Below are positions 45,213 through 54,858 of a stretch of DNA of 57,783 nt, one piece after another. Position 1 is the stretch's first letter, and every line of letters begins with the position of its first letter. The translations under genes and the position numbers were made by a program. A model generated the notes under the pieces. That model was not told the origin of the DNA and made no database searches. It was given only the letters and a program-made list of their open reading frames with translations. Source of the stretch: Candidatus Micrarchaeota archaeon (GTDB lineage: Archaea; Micrarchaeota; Micrarchaeia; Anstonellales; Anstonellaceae); NCBI GenBank assembly GCA_026414185.1, contig JAOAJL010000004.1, forward strand, positions 15,966 through 73,748. Direction: 5' to 3'.

Positions 45213-47312
45213 ATGAGGAATTGCCTGTTCATTCTTGCGTTGTTAGCGCTCTTGCCTGCTTCTTTCCCCTCATTTTCCATCAACCCCTATCTTTATGCTT
45301 CCGAGTCCTCCGCGAAAGTTGATGCCATCACCTTCCAGCACGGCGAGCAGACTGCGAGGCTTTACAAGATTGACGGGCAGGAGGCACTGCTGACTCTTGA
45401 GGATCAGCTTGTTGAAAAAAAGGAGGACATCTCTGCGATAATGACTGAGTATTACAGGCGCGAGTACTACCCTTCGGCAGAGGAGCTTGCAGAGATTAAG
45501 GCGCAGGCAGACAGCTTCAACAGAAGCAGGAACAGCATGACGCAATATGGTCCTGCTGAAAAGACATGCCGCGCAGGAGGAACCTTCCTTGATTACAAGC
45601 CCTGCAATGACCTTCACTCATGCACGGCGACCGCATCGCTTGTCTGCTACGTGACTGGTGCGGAGGGTTGCGTTGTGGATGTGCTTGCCACCTACATACT
45701 TGACTACAAGCAGGGGATAGACGCCCTTGATGCTGCCTACTCCAAGTTTGACTCTGCCTACAAGTCATTTTCTCCCCAAAGCCTTTCTTATGCCCTTGAC
45801 CAGATGGATGCTGCATTCTCAGAGATGAAAGCCGCTGCCGACAGAGTGGCGCAAAACAAGCTGAGGTTTCCGGAGAGAGGCGCATCTGCCTGCCGAGACT
45901 GCCTTGGGGTCTGCCCAGAGCCGAAATTTGACTATGCCGCAATCAGCTTGGGAAAGGAAAAGGTGGCAAAGCTGAAAGCCAAGGCTGCGCCTTATGCGAC
46001 CTTGCAGCAGACGATAGACCGGCTTGCGATTTCAACGCAGGAGAGGATAAAATACAGGGAAGGCGAGGAGAAGGCGCTTGTGTTTGCGCCGAAGTTCCGG
46101 GCTTCGCGTGAGAAGTTTGGCGGGCTAAAATCGCAGGCTATTGAGGCAAAGGCGCTTGTTTCGGACACGGATTTCGTTTCTGCCGCAAACTCTTTTCTGG
46201 ACAAGGAGCAGCAGCTTGAGCAGAAGCTTGAATTGCGGGACTTTGCAGGCTTTGACGCCCTCCTTTCGTCCTATGAGGCGGCAGGCAGGAACCTGCAGGC
46301 GATGATAAACAACTCCACGGCGGCATACAGGGTGGCTGCCGAGGCGCAGGATGAGGCAAACGACAGGATAATAGAGGCAAGCTGGCAGGTTAACAGGCTG
46401 AGCGAGGCTTCGGTAAGCTCCTACAACAGCCTTGCGACGAGGAAAAGCGCTGTTGATTCCTCGTTCAAGCCGCCGCTTTCAAGCGCTCAGTATGCCGAGC
46501 TTGCGAAAAAATACTCCCAGCTTGCAGAAGATGCCGAAGCATACATACAGGCGTCAGGCTCGGTCCAAAGCTCCATTTTCACCCTTGGCAACCGCTTCGG
46601 CAAGGCAAGCGTTGACGGGGCGATGGCGCTTGCGTCAAGCATGATGCCGGTTTCCTTCAAAACAAGGCAGATGATGGCAAAATATGCCCCGCCCCTGCTG
46701 CTTGCCGTGGTGGACCTGGCTATCCTGATTGTGGTGCTTGCAGTCTCAGCCGGCTTGTTTTACTACACGCACGGCTTTTTCAGAAGCAGGCTGTTCATTT
46801 CAGGCTGGGCAATCAGCCTTATTGGGCTTATTGTCCTTATGCTCATAGGCTCGGTCGGCTTTTATTCCATAGTGCTTTCAACGGAGAGATTCACCTCTTT
46901 TTCTGATTTCATGGAGACGGTGAAGGCTGCGGACAAGGTTGCGGTGATAGTGGAGGAGCCTTCAACAAATCCCTCTGCCGCTGCGGCGATGAGGCAGTGC
47001 GCGCAGCAGATTGAGGCGCAGATGAAGGCGCGGGGCAAGCAGACGCTAAAATACTACCTTTCGGGCGGAAGCTGCACCGTGATAACGCCCAGGCTTGGGG
47101 CAAACAACACCACGGCATACGACACGCGGCAAAGCGCAGGGGTTTCCTGCCTTGACAGCATGCCTGACATACCTGTCTTTGACTTGCAGTATTCTGACGA
47201 GAACAAGGCGCCGGTCTTCACCACTGTCGGCGCAAAGCAGGCGATATTCAAAAACACCGAGGCGGTATACGCGAGAAAGCCGCAGTGCACGCCTGCCGAT
47301 GTCCTCGGCTGA
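45213..47312 (+). CDS. Secreted/membrane protein: Cys-rich head, long helical stalk, TM hairpin, 4-Cys C-terminal domain
   Basis: Signal peptide MRNCLFILALLALLPAS; long Ala/Glu/Lys/Gln-rich helices; two TM segments near aa 510-570. Confidence 0.8.
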   Translation: MRNCLFILALLALLPASFPSFSINPYLYASESSAKVDAITFQHGEQTARLYKIDGQEALLTLEDQLVEKKEDISAIMTEYYRREYYPSAEELAEIKAQADSFNRSRNSMTQYGPAEKTCRAGGTFLDYKPCNDLHSCTATASLVCYVTGAEGCVVDVLATYILDYKQGIDALDAAYSKFDSAYKSFSPQSLSYALDQMDAAFSEMKAAADRVAQNKLRFPERGASACRDCLGVCPEPKFDYAAISLGKEKVAKLKAKAAPYATLQQTIDRLAISTQERIKYREGEEKALVFAPKFRASREKFGGLKSQAIEAKALVSDTDFVSAANSFLDKEQQLEQKLELRDFAGFDALLSSYEAAGRNLQAMINNSTAAYRVAAEAQDEANDRIIEASWQVNRLSEASVSSYNSLATRKSAVDSSFKPPLSSAQYAELAKKYSQLAEDAEAYIQASGSVQSSIFTLGNRFGKASVDGAMALASSMMPVSFKTRQMMAKYAPPLLLAVVDLAILIVVLAVSAGLFYYTHGFFRSRLFISGWAISLIGLIVLMLIGSVGFYSIVLSTERFTSFSDFMETVKAADKVAVIVEEPSTNPSAAAAMRQCAQQIEAQMKARGKQTLKYYLSGGSCTVITPRLGANNTTAYDTRQSAGVSCLDSMPDIPVFDLQYSDENKAPVFTTVGAKQAIFKNTEAVYARKPQCTPADVLG

Positions 47313-47330
47313 GGCGGGGGTTTGGGACGA

Positions 47331-47822
47331 ATGGCGCTTTCAGAGAAGGACAGGCAGGTCGCATTTGCCCTGCTGGCTCTGCTTTCAGCCGCCATGGCGG
47401 CTTATGTGCTTCTGACTCTTCCTGCGCAGGACAAGGAGGCGAGTGTTGAGGAGTTTGCCTCGGCGGTGCTTTCATCCAAAACAGCCGGCATCCTCATGGA
47501 CGCGCGCGGATTGAGCGCGCAGGATGCGAGGATCGTCTATCAGTGTGGCACGGACATAGCCTCAGGAAGCCTCTTTGGCATGCGGCGGCTCCAGATTATC
47601 GGCTGCGAATCGGACGAGAAGTGCCTTTCTGCCTTCTCCGATTCCAACTCAACCGAGAAGATGACTTATTTTCAGGCAAGAAAGGCGCTTGAAAAAATCC
47701 CCTACATCCAGATAAGGAAGGGGAATTCGCCGGCGAGGTTTTTTGAGAGGCATGCGGAGATTGAGATTGACGAGGGCTATGGGCGGGAGTGCAGGCTGAA
47801 TGTGGCGCTGACAAGGCAGTGA
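47331..47822 (+). CDS. Single-TM protein, apparent paralogue of the upstream gene's C-terminal domain
   Basis: FASAVLSSKTAGILMD...VYQCGTDI vs FMETVKAADKVAVIVE...MRQCAQQI; four Cys in similar order. Confidence 0.7.
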   Translation: MALSEKDRQVAFALLALLSAAMAAYVLLTLPAQDKEASVEEFASAVLSSKTAGILMDARGLSAQDARIVYQCGTDIASGSLFGMRRLQIIGCESDEKCLSAFSDSNSTEKMTYFQARKALEKIPYIQIRKGNSPARFFERHAEIEIDEGYGRECRLNVALTRQ

Positions 47823-47862
47823 GGCGGGCGTTTTTTTAATCTTTCAGAGCCAGACTTAGCTT

Positions 47863-48927
47863 ATGGACAAGGAGGAAAAGATAGCGCTTGTGATGCGCAA
47901 GCCCTCCTGCGAGGTGGTGACCGAGGCGGAGCTTGCGGCTCTTTTTGAGACCAAGCCCCACCCATCGCATTACATAGGCTTTGAGATATCAGGCAAGCTT
48001 CACCTCGGAAGCGGGCTTGTGACCGCCCTCAAGCTGCGCGACTTTGTGCAGGCTGGCATAAAGCCCACCATTTTCCTTGCTGACTATCATGCCTGGATAA
48101 ACGGTAAGCTTGGCGGGGATTTGGAAAGGATACAGGAGGTTGCGAGGGGTTATTTCAAGTCCGCCTTCATCTCGCTTGGGCTTGAGGAGGGGGAAATCCG
48201 CTATGTGCTTGCCTCCGAGCTATACGATGGGGAATACTGGAAGGAGGTTTTGCGGATAAGCAAGGACACGACGATTGCGCGCATGCTTCGCTGCACAACC
48301 ATCATGGGCAGGACGGAAAAGGAGGCGGCTGACTGCGCCTCCGTGCTTTACCCTGCCATGCAGGTCGCGGACATAAGGATGCTGGGGGTTGACATAGCCC
48401 ATGCCGGCATGGACCAGCGAAAAGTGCACATGCTTGCGCGCGAGATTGCGCAGAGGCACTCTTGGAAAAAGCCCGTCGCGCTTCACCATCGTCTTCTGAT
48501 GGGCTTGCAAGGGCCTCAAAGGATGGGCTTTGAGCAGAACGCTTCGGAGGATGTCGCGGTTTCCTCAAAGATGAGCAAGAGCAAGCCGGAGACCTGCATC
48601 TTCATCCACGACACGGAAGAGGAGATAGCGCGCAAGCTCAGGGGGGCTTACTGCCCTGAAAGAGTAGCCCAGGACAACCCTGTGCTTGAAATGTGCCAGC
48701 AGCTCATAATGCGCGACGGCAAGACGCCCCTGAGAGTTGAAAGGAGCGCGAAGTTCGGCGGGGATGTGGAGTTTTGGACATACGGCGAGCTTGAGGAATC
48801 CTACAAGGCAGGCAAGCTCCACCCGGCTGATTTGAAGGGCGCGGTCGCAGCCTGGCTTTGCAAGGCGCTTGAGCCTTCCAGAAAGTATTTTGAGAGGCAC
48901 CCCGAGCTTCTTGCGCAGATTGCATAA
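47863..48927 (+). CDS. tyrS: Tyrosine--tRNA ligase, archaeal/eukaryal type
   Basis: YIGFEISGKLHLGSG, FLADYHAWIN, LYPAMQVAD, AGMDQRKV, KMSKS. Confidence 0.96.
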   Translation: MDKEEKIALVMRKPSCEVVTEAELAALFETKPHPSHYIGFEISGKLHLGSGLVTALKLRDFVQAGIKPTIFLADYHAWINGKLGGDLERIQEVARGYFKSAFISLGLEEGEIRYVLASELYDGEYWKEVLRISKDTTIARMLRCTTIMGRTEKEAADCASVLYPAMQVADIRMLGVDIAHAGMDQRKVHMLAREIAQRHSWKKPVALHHRLLMGLQGPQRMGFEQNASEDVAVSSKMSKSKPETCIFIHDTEEEIARKLRGAYCPERVAQDNPVLEMCQQLIMRDGKTPLRVERSAKFGGDVEFWTYGELEESYKAGKLHPADLKGAVAAWLCKALEPSRKYFERHPELLAQIA

Positions 48928-48981
48928 GGCAGAGGAAGGGGCTTTTTTATCCTTTCCCTTCGCTTTAAGGGCGGGAGAGGA

Positions 48982-50760
48982 ATGGGTTGGAAGAAGGGTG
49001 CGGCGGCACTGCTTGTCATAGCCGTCGCTTTTTGCTCACTTCTGCATGCCGCATGCCCGACAGCCAGCCGGCAGATATACCTTGCCGCGGTGACTGGTGA
49101 GGAAAGCGGGGGCGTTTTCAGGCTTGAGGTGGAAATACGTCCGGGAAGCGGAACCATCTACACTGCCATAAGCCCAAAGACAGGCTTTCTGACGCAGGAG
49201 TCAGAGCAGGCGGCTGTGGAGTATGCCTTCAAAAGCACAGGGGCGCAGTTGGCGGAGTGCGATGTCCTTTTCCGGCTGGCAGGCCCTTTTGGGGAGAATG
49301 TCGTTGACGGGCCTTCTGCTGGCGGGGCTATGGCGGTTGCTCTTCGGGCGGCGATTCTCAACAGGAGCATAAGGCAGGATGTTGTCATTACCGGCACCAT
49401 CTCCCCAGGGGGCAAGATAGGTCCTGTCGGCGGAATAATGGAAAAAGCCCTCGGAGCCGCAGAGGCGGGTGCGCGCTACTTCCTTGCGCCCAAGCTGCAG
49501 CTTCATGAAGCCCTCCTGATTTCCTCGCTTGCAAAAACAAAGGAATTTTATGCGATAGAAGTTGGGGACATATCGGAGGCTGAGGAGGTCCTCTTTTCGG
49601 ACTACTCGCAGAACTTCAGCTCCAGGTTTGTGCCGCAGTCATCCCCACTGCCAAAAAACCTTCCCCCGATAAGCCAGGATGCAGCTCTTGCGCGCTTTGG
49701 CAAAATTTCCAAGAAAGTGGTTGACGAGCTTGAAGCAAAGAAAAAGGCGCTTTTTCCCGAAGGCGGACAAAGCCCGCAGCTTTCGCAGATGCGCCAGTAT
49801 TTTGATGATGAGATAGCAAAGTACAGGAAGCTGCTTGGGCTTGGCTACTACTTCACAGCCGCCAACTCGGCATTTCTCCTCTCCATAGACGCGGAATATG
49901 TCAAGATGGGGGATGCGGCTGGGCTTGATTTTGCAGGAAGCGTTGAGGAGGTGGGCAGGTGCATAGCAAGCCTCAAGCCGCCCAAAAAAACCCACGAGAA
50001 TTTCCACTGGGCTGTTGGGTCGGACTTGCGCAGGATATGGGCGCAAAAGAGGATGAATGAGAGCCTTGAAAGGCAGGATGCGCAGGGGCACTACACGACA
50101 ATCCGCGACCTTCTTTATTCTTATAGCTGGTGCGGCATCTCGCGCGAGCTTGCCTCAGAGGCGGATTCCATAGGGGGCAGGCAAGCCGACGAATCCGTCC
50201 TTGTGCAGCTTGCCTCAAAGAAGATTTCCGAGGCTGAGGAGAGGCTGGCGCATGCACCAAAGCTTGACTACGACGCCCTGTGGCATCTTGAAGCTGCGCT
50301 TGCGGCAAACCAAAGCGGCAGATACGGCGCGGCGATATACGATGCGACCTATGCGAAGGCGATGCAGGAGGCGTCCTCTGAAAGCAACGTAAGCGCCTCT
50401 GCGCAGAGGCTTGTCTTGGCAGACAGGAAAAGCCTGTGGGGCAAGATATACCAGGGGCAAGGCGTCTTCCTTTATTATCAGGCAAAGGAAAGCGGGTTTG
50501 ATTTGACTGATGCCTACCGCGTGCTGAAATATGCCTCTGAGCTTGACAGGTCCGCCCAGGAGATGGACAGGGAGCTTGCGGCGCAGCTTGTGCAGAAGGA
50601 GGCGGCGGCTGTCGCTGAGGCTGGCGGGCAAAGCCCAGCTGCGAAAGAATATGTTCCTATTGAGCAGGACTACCCGCTTCTTCTCTTTCTTACATTTTCA
50701 GTTGTGGCTTTCGCACTTGGGGTGGGCTATCGTCTTGCTTTAAGGATGAAAAAGGGCTGA
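48982..50760 (+). CDS. Secreted, membrane-anchored Lon-like Ser-Lys protease without ATPase (COG1750-like)
   Basis: Signal peptide; VDGPSAGGAM catalytic Ser motif; TGTISPGGKIGPVGGIMEK; C-terminal TM plus basic tail. Confidence 0.85.
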   Translation: MGWKKGAAALLVIAVAFCSLLHAACPTASRQIYLAAVTGEESGGVFRLEVEIRPGSGTIYTAISPKTGFLTQESEQAAVEYAFKSTGAQLAECDVLFRLAGPFGENVVDGPSAGGAMAVALRAAILNRSIRQDVVITGTISPGGKIGPVGGIMEKALGAAEAGARYFLAPKLQLHEALLISSLAKTKEFYAIEVGDISEAEEVLFSDYSQNFSSRFVPQSSPLPKNLPPISQDAALARFGKISKKVVDELEAKKKALFPEGGQSPQLSQMRQYFDDEIAKYRKLLGLGYYFTAANSAFLLSIDAEYVKMGDAAGLDFAGSVEEVGRCIASLKPPKKTHENFHWAVGSDLRRIWAQKRMNESLERQDAQGHYTTIRDLLYSYSWCGISRELASEADSIGGRQADESVLVQLASKKISEAEERLAHAPKLDYDALWHLEAALAANQSGRYGAAIYDATYAKAMQEASSESNVSASAQRLVLADRKSLWGKIYQGQGVFLYYQAKESGFDLTDAYRVLKYASELDRSAQEMDRELAAQLVQKEAAAVAEAGGQSPAAKEYVPIEQDYPLLLFLTFSVVAFALGVGYRLALRMKKG

Positions 50761-50770
50761 GGGGGATTTT

Positions 50771-52009
50771 ATGGAACCAATCATAAGGCGCGCAAAAATG
50801 CTTGCGCAGGAGCATCCGTCTGTCAGCAAGGTGGCGCTTGCCTATTCAGGCGGGCTTGACTCTGCGGTGATAGGCAAGCTTCTTTTGGAAGCCGGCTTTG
50901 AGGTGCTTCCGGTTGTCATCAACCTGGGGCAGCAGTCGGACCTTGGCAGAGTGGAGAAGAACGCAAAGGCGATTTTTGGGCAGTGCCGCCTTTATGACGC
51001 GCGGGAGAATTTCGTGATGAATGTGGGCAGGGGAATAAAGGCTTCCTGCCGGGCGTTGGGGGGCGTGAATGCGGGCGGGCTTTCCCGACCTTCAATGGCA
51101 TACGCACTTGCCCAAGTTGCAAGGGAAAGCGGCTGCCAGGCGATAGCCCACGGCGCATCCGGAATGGGAAACGACCATCTGACCATGGAAAACTCCCTGC
51201 GCGTGCTTGCGCCCGAAATGAGAATAATCGCGCCGGTGCGAGATTTGGACTTGAGAAGGGACGAGGCGCTGTCGTTTGCGGCTGAAAAAAAGCTTCCGAC
51301 GAATTTGAAGCGCGCCCTCTCCTTTTCCGCAGATGAGAACCTTTGGTGCAGGACCCTGCGGCAAGGGGCAGCCCTTGAAATCTCCGCGCCCCTGCCGGAA
51401 GAGGCTTACAAATGGACCGTTTCGCCTCAAAAGGCGCCCGAGAAGGGCGCTGAGGTGGAGGTTGAATTCCTCAACGGCTTGCCTGTCCGAGCCAAGATTG
51501 GCGGCAAAGAGGAGAAGGGACTACTTTCCATCATAGAGGCTCTGAACGAAGTTGGCGGAAAGCACGGGATTGGCAGACTTGATTTTGTCACAGACAGGGT
51601 GGTGGGGCTGAAAGTGCATGAGGCGTATGAATGCCCTGCCGCGCTTATCCTGCTTGCCGCTCATGAGGAGCTTGAGGCGCTTGTGCTCACCACCAGGGAG
51701 CTTGAAGCAAAGCACTACATTGATGCGCTGTGGAACAGGCTTGTTTATGACGGCGGATGGTATACGCGGCTGCGAAGGGCGCTTGATGCGTTCATAGATG
51801 AAACGCAGAGGGCGGTTGACGGCAGCGTTGAGCTCTCGCTTTACAAGGGAAGCATAAGGGTGAAAGGAAGGAAAAGCAGGCACGCGCTTTATGACGCGCG
51901 GCTTTCCTCGCGCGACAGCAGTGGCGTGTTCACGCAGAAGGAAAGCAGAAGCTTTGCCAAGCTTTACTGCCTGCAAGACGTAATCGCGTATATGATGGAG
52001 CTTGATTAG
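50771..52009 (+). CDS. argG: Argininosuccinate synthase family protein (divergent)
   Basis: LAYSGGLDS PP-loop, HGASGMGND, SADENLW, YECPAA, LYKGS. Confidence 0.85.
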   Translation: MEPIIRRAKMLAQEHPSVSKVALAYSGGLDSAVIGKLLLEAGFEVLPVVINLGQQSDLGRVEKNAKAIFGQCRLYDARENFVMNVGRGIKASCRALGGVNAGGLSRPSMAYALAQVARESGCQAIAHGASGMGNDHLTMENSLRVLAPEMRIIAPVRDLDLRRDEALSFAAEKKLPTNLKRALSFSADENLWCRTLRQGAALEISAPLPEEAYKWTVSPQKAPEKGAEVEVEFLNGLPVRAKIGGKEEKGLLSIIEALNEVGGKHGIGRLDFVTDRVVGLKVHEAYECPAALILLAAHEELEALVLTTRELEAKHYIDALWNRLVYDGGWYTRLRRALDAFIDETQRAVDGSVELSLYKGSIRVKGRKSRHALYDARLSSRDSSGVFTQKESRSFAKLYCLQDVIAYMMELD

Positions 52010-52092
52010 CGCGCGGGAGAAGTGCTTTAAAGCCTTCTGTCAGTCAATAGCGCAACCTGTTTTGCTGGCAGACGCAAAGAGAGGTGGTTGGC

Positions 52093-52764
52093 ATGGATGG
52101 GAAGCACAAAAGCAGGAATGTCCATATCGGAAGGGAGACGGAAGAGAAAGGCAGGGGGAAGGTGCCAAAGAAAGAGGAAACGGCTGGCAATGTGCATGAG
52201 ATGGAAATTCAGAGGGCGTATCAGAGGCTTGTGGAGGGCAACAAGCGCTTTGTTGAAGGAAAGCTCGCGGCGCAGGATGTCATAAGGCAAAGGCAGGAAA
52301 CTGCCAGCGGGCAGAAGCCCTATGCGGCATTCGCCTACTGCGCTGACTCGCGCGTGCCTATTGAGCTGATATTTGATGCCGGCATCGGAGAGCTTTTTGG
52401 CGCTGGCAGGATGGCAGGCAACATAGTGGACAGCGGGGTTGCAGGCTCGTTTGAGTATGCCTATGGGCACCTTGGCACCAGGCTTCTTGTCGTGCTCGGG
52501 CACAGCTCGTGCGGTGCTGTGAATGCCGCCTGCAAGACTGAAAAGGCGGATGGCAATGTTGACTACATAGTCAAGAGGCTTCAGCCCGCAGTAAAGGCTG
52601 GGGAGAAGGACCCGGCCAGAGTGGTCAGGGAGAATGTCAAGCTCCAGATTGAGCAGCTTCGCAGCCTAAGCCCCCTTCTTGCCTCTGCTGAGAAAGAGGG
52701 GAAGCTTAAGATAGTTGGCGCAATCTACGACATTGAAAGCGGAAAAGTGGATTTCCTTGCCTGA
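52093..52764 (+). CDS. Beta-class carbonic anhydrase
   Basis: CADSRVP and HSSCGA zinc ligands; GAIYDIESGKV; N-terminal extent uncertain. Confidence 0.92.
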   Translation: MDGKHKSRNVHIGRETEEKGRGKVPKKEETAGNVHEMEIQRAYQRLVEGNKRFVEGKLAAQDVIRQRQETASGQKPYAAFAYCADSRVPIELIFDAGIGELFGAGRMAGNIVDSGVAGSFEYAYGHLGTRLLVVLGHSSCGAVNAACKTEKADGNVDYIVKRLQPAVKAGEKDPARVVRENVKLQIEQLRSLSPLLASAEKEGKLKIVGAIYDIESGKVDFLA

Positions 52765-52812
52765 CAGGGCTGGAAGCTATAAATAGCCATTAGCGCAAGC
52801 TTTAGCACTGAT

Positions 52813-54027
52813 GTGGTTCGTTTGGAAGAGCACACGAAACTCAAATACGAGCTCAAAAAGCAGCTTAACGCGCTACGCGAGATGAAGGGGAGCGGAACCG
52901 AGCTTATAAGCGTATACATACCTGCGGGGCAGGCAATCTCCGAAACGTCAAACAAACTGCGCGAGGAGGCTGGGCAGGCGTCAAACATCAAAAGCAAAAG
53001 CACGCGCAAGAATGTGACCGATGCCCTTGAGAGAATAATACACCACTTAAAAACCTACGGCAACAAGGCTCCGGACTCCGGGGTCGCGATATTCTGCGGC
53101 AACATAAGCGACAATCCTGCCAAGACGGATATTGCGCTTTTCACCGTCTTTCCGCCGGAGCCGATAACGGTTTCTCTTTACAGGTGCGACTCGCGCTTTT
53201 TCCTTGAGCCCCTTGAGCGCCAGCTTGCTGTTGGCGAAAGCTACGGCATTGTTGTGATGGATGGCAGGGAAGCCACCCTTGCCGAGCTGCGCGGCACGCA
53301 GGTCCGCATTTTGCACCGCCTCAACTCCACCGCCCATGCGAAAATAAGGAAGGGCGGCCAGTCTGCGCGCAGATACGAGCGCCTCATTGAGGAGTCAATT
53401 GAGCTTTACTACAAGCGCATAGGCGAGGCGATGGACCGCTATTTCCTCAACAACGTCAAGGGAGTGGTGGTCGGCGGTCCAGGACCTGCGAAGGACAACT
53501 TTGTCAAGATGTCCCCCTTCAATTACCAGATAAAGCTTCTTGGGGTGGTGGATACCGGCTATACGGATGAATACGGTGTGCGGGAGGTAATTGCGAAGGC
53601 GGAGGAGATTCTCGCCAAGCAGGAGGCTGTGGTGGAAAAACAGCTTGTTGAAAAATTCATCAAGGAAGTGGTATCCGGGGGCTTGGCAACTTATGGGGAG
53701 GCTGAGGTGCGCAAGGCGATTGAAAGCCGCCAGGCATCAAAGCTCCTCATTTCAGAGGGGCTCACCTACAAGAGGGCAAAGCTTGTGGACACCACGACAG
53801 GCGAGGTGCAATGGGTGACTGCCAAAAGCCCCCTTGAGCTTGAAGAGAGGATTAAGGCTGTGGGGGGAACGGTAAGGGTGGAGGAGCAAAAGCCCCTCAT
53901 TGACGATTTGATTGACCTTGCGGCACAGCGCGGGGTGGAGGTGGCTGTCATTTCCCCGGACACTGCAGAGGGGGCGCAGTTTTTGGGAAGCTTCTATGGC
54001 ATAGGGGCTTTCCTGCGCTACAAGTAG
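52813..54027 (+). CDS. prf1: Peptide chain release factor aRF1
   Basis: SNIKS, YRCDSRF, KGGQSARRY, GIGAFLRY. Confidence 0.96.
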   Translation: MVRLEEHTKLKYELKKQLNALREMKGSGTELISVYIPAGQAISETSNKLREEAGQASNIKSKSTRKNVTDALERIIHHLKTYGNKAPDSGVAIFCGNISDNPAKTDIALFTVFPPEPITVSLYRCDSRFFLEPLERQLAVGESYGIVVMDGREATLAELRGTQVRILHRLNSTAHAKIRKGGQSARRYERLIEESIELYYKRIGEAMDRYFLNNVKGVVVGGPGPAKDNFVKMSPFNYQIKLLGVVDTGYTDEYGVREVIAKAEEILAKQEAVVEKQLVEKFIKEVVSGGLATYGEAEVRKAIESRQASKLLISEGLTYKRAKLVDTTTGEVQWVTAKSPLELEERIKAVGGTVRVEEQKPLIDDLIDLAAQRGVEVAVISPDTAEGAQFLGSFYGIGAFLRYK

Positions 54028-54029
54028 CC

Positions 54030-54380
54030 TCATTGCTTTTCGTTTTGGAGTTTGTAGTCCCTGAGGAATCTGCGTATTTCTGCTTCCAGGCGCACGCTCG
54101 CAGTGCGCACTTCAATCCTGTCCGCGTCTGAAGAGATGGAGGCTCCGTTGAATTTCGGCTTTTTCTCTTTGAAGCTCAAACTCCCGTAGGAAACAAATTC
54201 CTTCTTGCCGTTTATCTGCCTGCTTCCCGCATAAGGCAGCTTGAGGCGTTTTGACAGGAAGCGCTCAAGGGATGCCCTTGCCTCCTGGATGGGCATGGGA
54301 AGCCCAAGCTCCTTTCCATTCAGGATTAGCTTTGCACCGCCCATGTCAAGCACCTCCTCATTTGTCTGCCACAATGCCAC
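54030..54380 (-). CDS. Hypothetical protein
   Basis: 116-aa ORF; alternative start at 54344 (MGGAK). Confidence 0.55.
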   Translation of the reverse strand: MALWQTNEEVLDMGGAKLILNGKELGLPMPIQEARASLERFLSKRLKLPYAGSRQINGKKEFVSYGSLSFKEKKPKFNGASISSDADRIEVRTASVRLEAEIRRFLRDYKLQNEKQ

Positions 54381-54798
54381 AAAAAGCTGGCTTTCTGAGG
54401 ATTGGCTCGGTGAGTGGAAACTGGCTTTTAATCGCCTTTAAAATCTCGGTCTCTATGATGCGACGATTGCCAAGCCCGCAGTCGTTTATCTTGAAGACCA
54501 CTGTTTGCTCATCCAGCCTGCGGATGTCTATGTCAAGCAAGCCCTCTTCCCTTGGGACCAAGAACTTTATTTTTATGGAGTCGGCAGGAGAGCAGACGCC
54601 GTTTTTGAGCGGCTTTGCCTGGACATCCTCTCTGTAGATTTGCGGCAGGCTGGTGCGGATTTTTTTTGCAAGCCCGGCCAATGATTCTGGCGTGATTTTC
54701 ATGTGCCTTGAAAAGAACATTATGCTGGCGCAAGAGCCATCTGCGCTGCCTTGCGTGGCATCGGTGCTAAACCTTATGCTAAGCGTCTTTCCACCCAC
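54358..54798 (-). CDS. Hypothetical protein
   Basis: 146-aa ORF co-oriented downstream of ftsZ2. Confidence 0.55.
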   Translation of the reverse strand: MGGKTLSIRFSTDATQGSADGSCASIMFFSRHMKITPESLAGLAKKIRTSLPQIYREDVQAKPLKNGVCSPADSIKIKFLVPREEGLLDIDIRRLDEQTVVFKINDCGLGNRRIIETEILKAIKSQFPLTEPILRKPAFCGIVADK

Positions 54799-54858
54799 GG
54801 CATCGCCTTGCTTTTGCTAAGTGTTGCGAAGATGTTTTAAATGTTCTTGTTTTGCCGC

